Below, one piece after another: positions 62,877 through 64,000 of a stretch of 64,000 nt of DNA (position 1 is the stretch's first letter; each line of letters opens with the position of its first letter). The stretch spans positions 320,001 through 384,000 of the forward strand of contig CAVVPN010000003.1 in the NCBI GenBank assembly GCA_963750165.1. Direction: 5' to 3'. Both the position numbers and the translations under genes were made by a program. Source of the stretch: an uncultured Gemmataceae bacterium. Its GTDB lineage: Bacteria > Planctomycetota > Planctomycetia > Gemmatales > Gemmataceae. The notes under the pieces were generated by a model. The model saw only the letters and a program-made list of their open reading frames with translations, searched no databases and was not told the origin of the DNA.

Positions 62877-64000
62877 TCACGCCTTGAGCATCTCGTCGTG
62901 GCGCATGCCACTGGGCGGCAGGTCGGCCTTGCGGACGTTGGCCAGCGCCGCCCTGGCGCCGGCGTGCTGTTCGGCGTCGTTGTCTTCCCACTCGATGCTG
63001 ACCGCCCCGTCGAAGCCGACGCGGTTCAGCTCGATCATGATCTCCTCGACGCTGTTGGCATCGCGGGCGCTGCCGGCGGTGACGAAGTTCCAGCCGTTAG
63101 CCCAGTGGCCCATCGGCCGATGGCCGCCGAGCAGGCCGGCGCGCGTGTGCTCACGGATCACCTGCACGCCCTTGATGTGAGCGCAGTGGATGCGCTCCGC
63201 AAATTCACGGATGAACTGCACCACCGAAACGCCCTGCCATTCCATGTGCGAGCCGTCCAGGTTGAAGCCTGTCACCGACTCGTAGCCGGCCTTATCCAGC
63301 GCCTTGAGGTAGTCCGTGGCGGATTCGATGTCGCCCATGGCGCGCTCGCTGGGGTGGCACTCCAGGTCGAAGGTGACGCCGTACTTCTTGCAGGCGTCCC
63401 AGACCGGGCCGAAGCGCTCGACCAGCAAGTCAAGGCTGACCTGGCGCACGTCGGGGATGTCGTGGCCGTCGAGGCTGCCCGGCAGCGGTGGGAACAGGAA
63501 GAAGTGGCTCCAGCAATGCGCCGGCGAGCCGACGAAGCCCGGCAGTGCCACCTTGCGGTCCTGCAACTTGCCGAGGTAGTGCGCCAGCCGGACGGAGGCG
63601 AGCAGGTCCTTTGTCGCCTGCTGGTGGATCAGCTTGCCGATGTCGTCGGGGACGAAATACGGGTTGGTGCGCGGCGGCTTGTTGCCCTTGTCGCGCCACG
63701 CCTTGTACGCCAGGCGGGCCTCCGTCTTCGGGCCGAGGAAGTTGAGCGTCTTGGCGCTGGGCTCGTCGCCGAGGACCTGGCCCTGCAGATGCGTGGCGAT
63801 GGTGAAGATTTCCAGGCCGTGCCGCTTCGCCAGGTCCACGCGCTCTTTCGCATACGCCTCGGCGCCGGCGTCGGTGCCGCAGCGGTCGAGGTCGAGTTCC
63901 CAGCTGGCCTCCTCCCAGCCGTCGAAGCCGGTGTCGGCGACGAACTTGACCCACGGCTCCATCGGCGCGTTGCCGAACTGGCCGCGCACCAGGCCGATCT
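62877..64000 (-). CDS. Sugar phosphate isomerase/epimerase (xylose-isomerase-like TIM barrel), 5' end outside window
   Basis: LECHPSE, NLDGSH, HCAHIK, SIEWED. Confidence 0.88.
   Translation of the reverse strand, partial: IGLVRGQFGNAPMEPWVKFVADTGFDGWEEASWELDLDRCGTDAGAEAYAKERVDLAKRHGLEIFTIATHLQGQVLGDEPSAKTLNFLGPKTEARLAYKAWRDKGNKPPRTNPYFVPDDIGKLIHQQATKDLLASVRLAHYLGKLQDRKVALPGFVGSPAHCWSHFFLFPPLPGSLDGHDIPDVRQVSLDLLVERFGPVWDACKKYGVTFDLECHPSERAMGDIESATDYLKALDKAGYESVTGFNLDGSHMEWQGVSVVQFIREFAERIHCAHIKGVQVIREHTRAGLLGGHRPMGHWANGWNFVTAGSARDANSVEEIMIELNRVGFDGAVSIEWEDNDAEQHAGARAALANVRKADLPPSGMRHDEMLKA

Overview
High-GC bacterial chromosome segment, most likely from a Planctomycetota member of the Gemmataceae type (inferred from the TIGR02996-LRR gene, the DUF1549/DUF1553 gene, planctomycete-style ECF sigma factors and dense REP-like hairpins). 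Contents in order: the distal part of an A2-type cytochrome c oxidase operon with biogenesis genes, including a subunit III carrying a ~290-aa insertion; yidC-VWA-mnmE; an ECF sigma / zinc-anti-sigma-REC-GGDEF / mini anti-sigma module; a lipid-linked (GT-C) glycosylation cluster; der; a two-component and sigma54 stress-like cluster (hybrid kinase, single-domain RR, NtrC-type activator, pseudokinase, csbD); purA-uppS-cdsA-phoH-HDIG; arsM-xdhC-mocA; a candidate standalone ncRNA; a HEPN gene pair; nagA; rtcA; tRNA-Ala(CGC). About a dozen apparent small-indel frameshifts, including in der and mnmE, are best read as long-read or assembly errors. The most interesting items are: (1) the anti-sigma/diguanylate-cyclase fusion with a duplicated free anti-sigma domain under its own ECF-type promoter; (2) a promoter-driven, structured ~145-nt RNA at 52.2-52.35 kb; (3) a terminator-containing purA leader; (4) sigma54 promoters flanking the NtrC/pseudokinase pair; (5) nested REP/MITE elements, one translated in frame inside a gene. 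All product calls come from motif recognition by eye; no searches were run.
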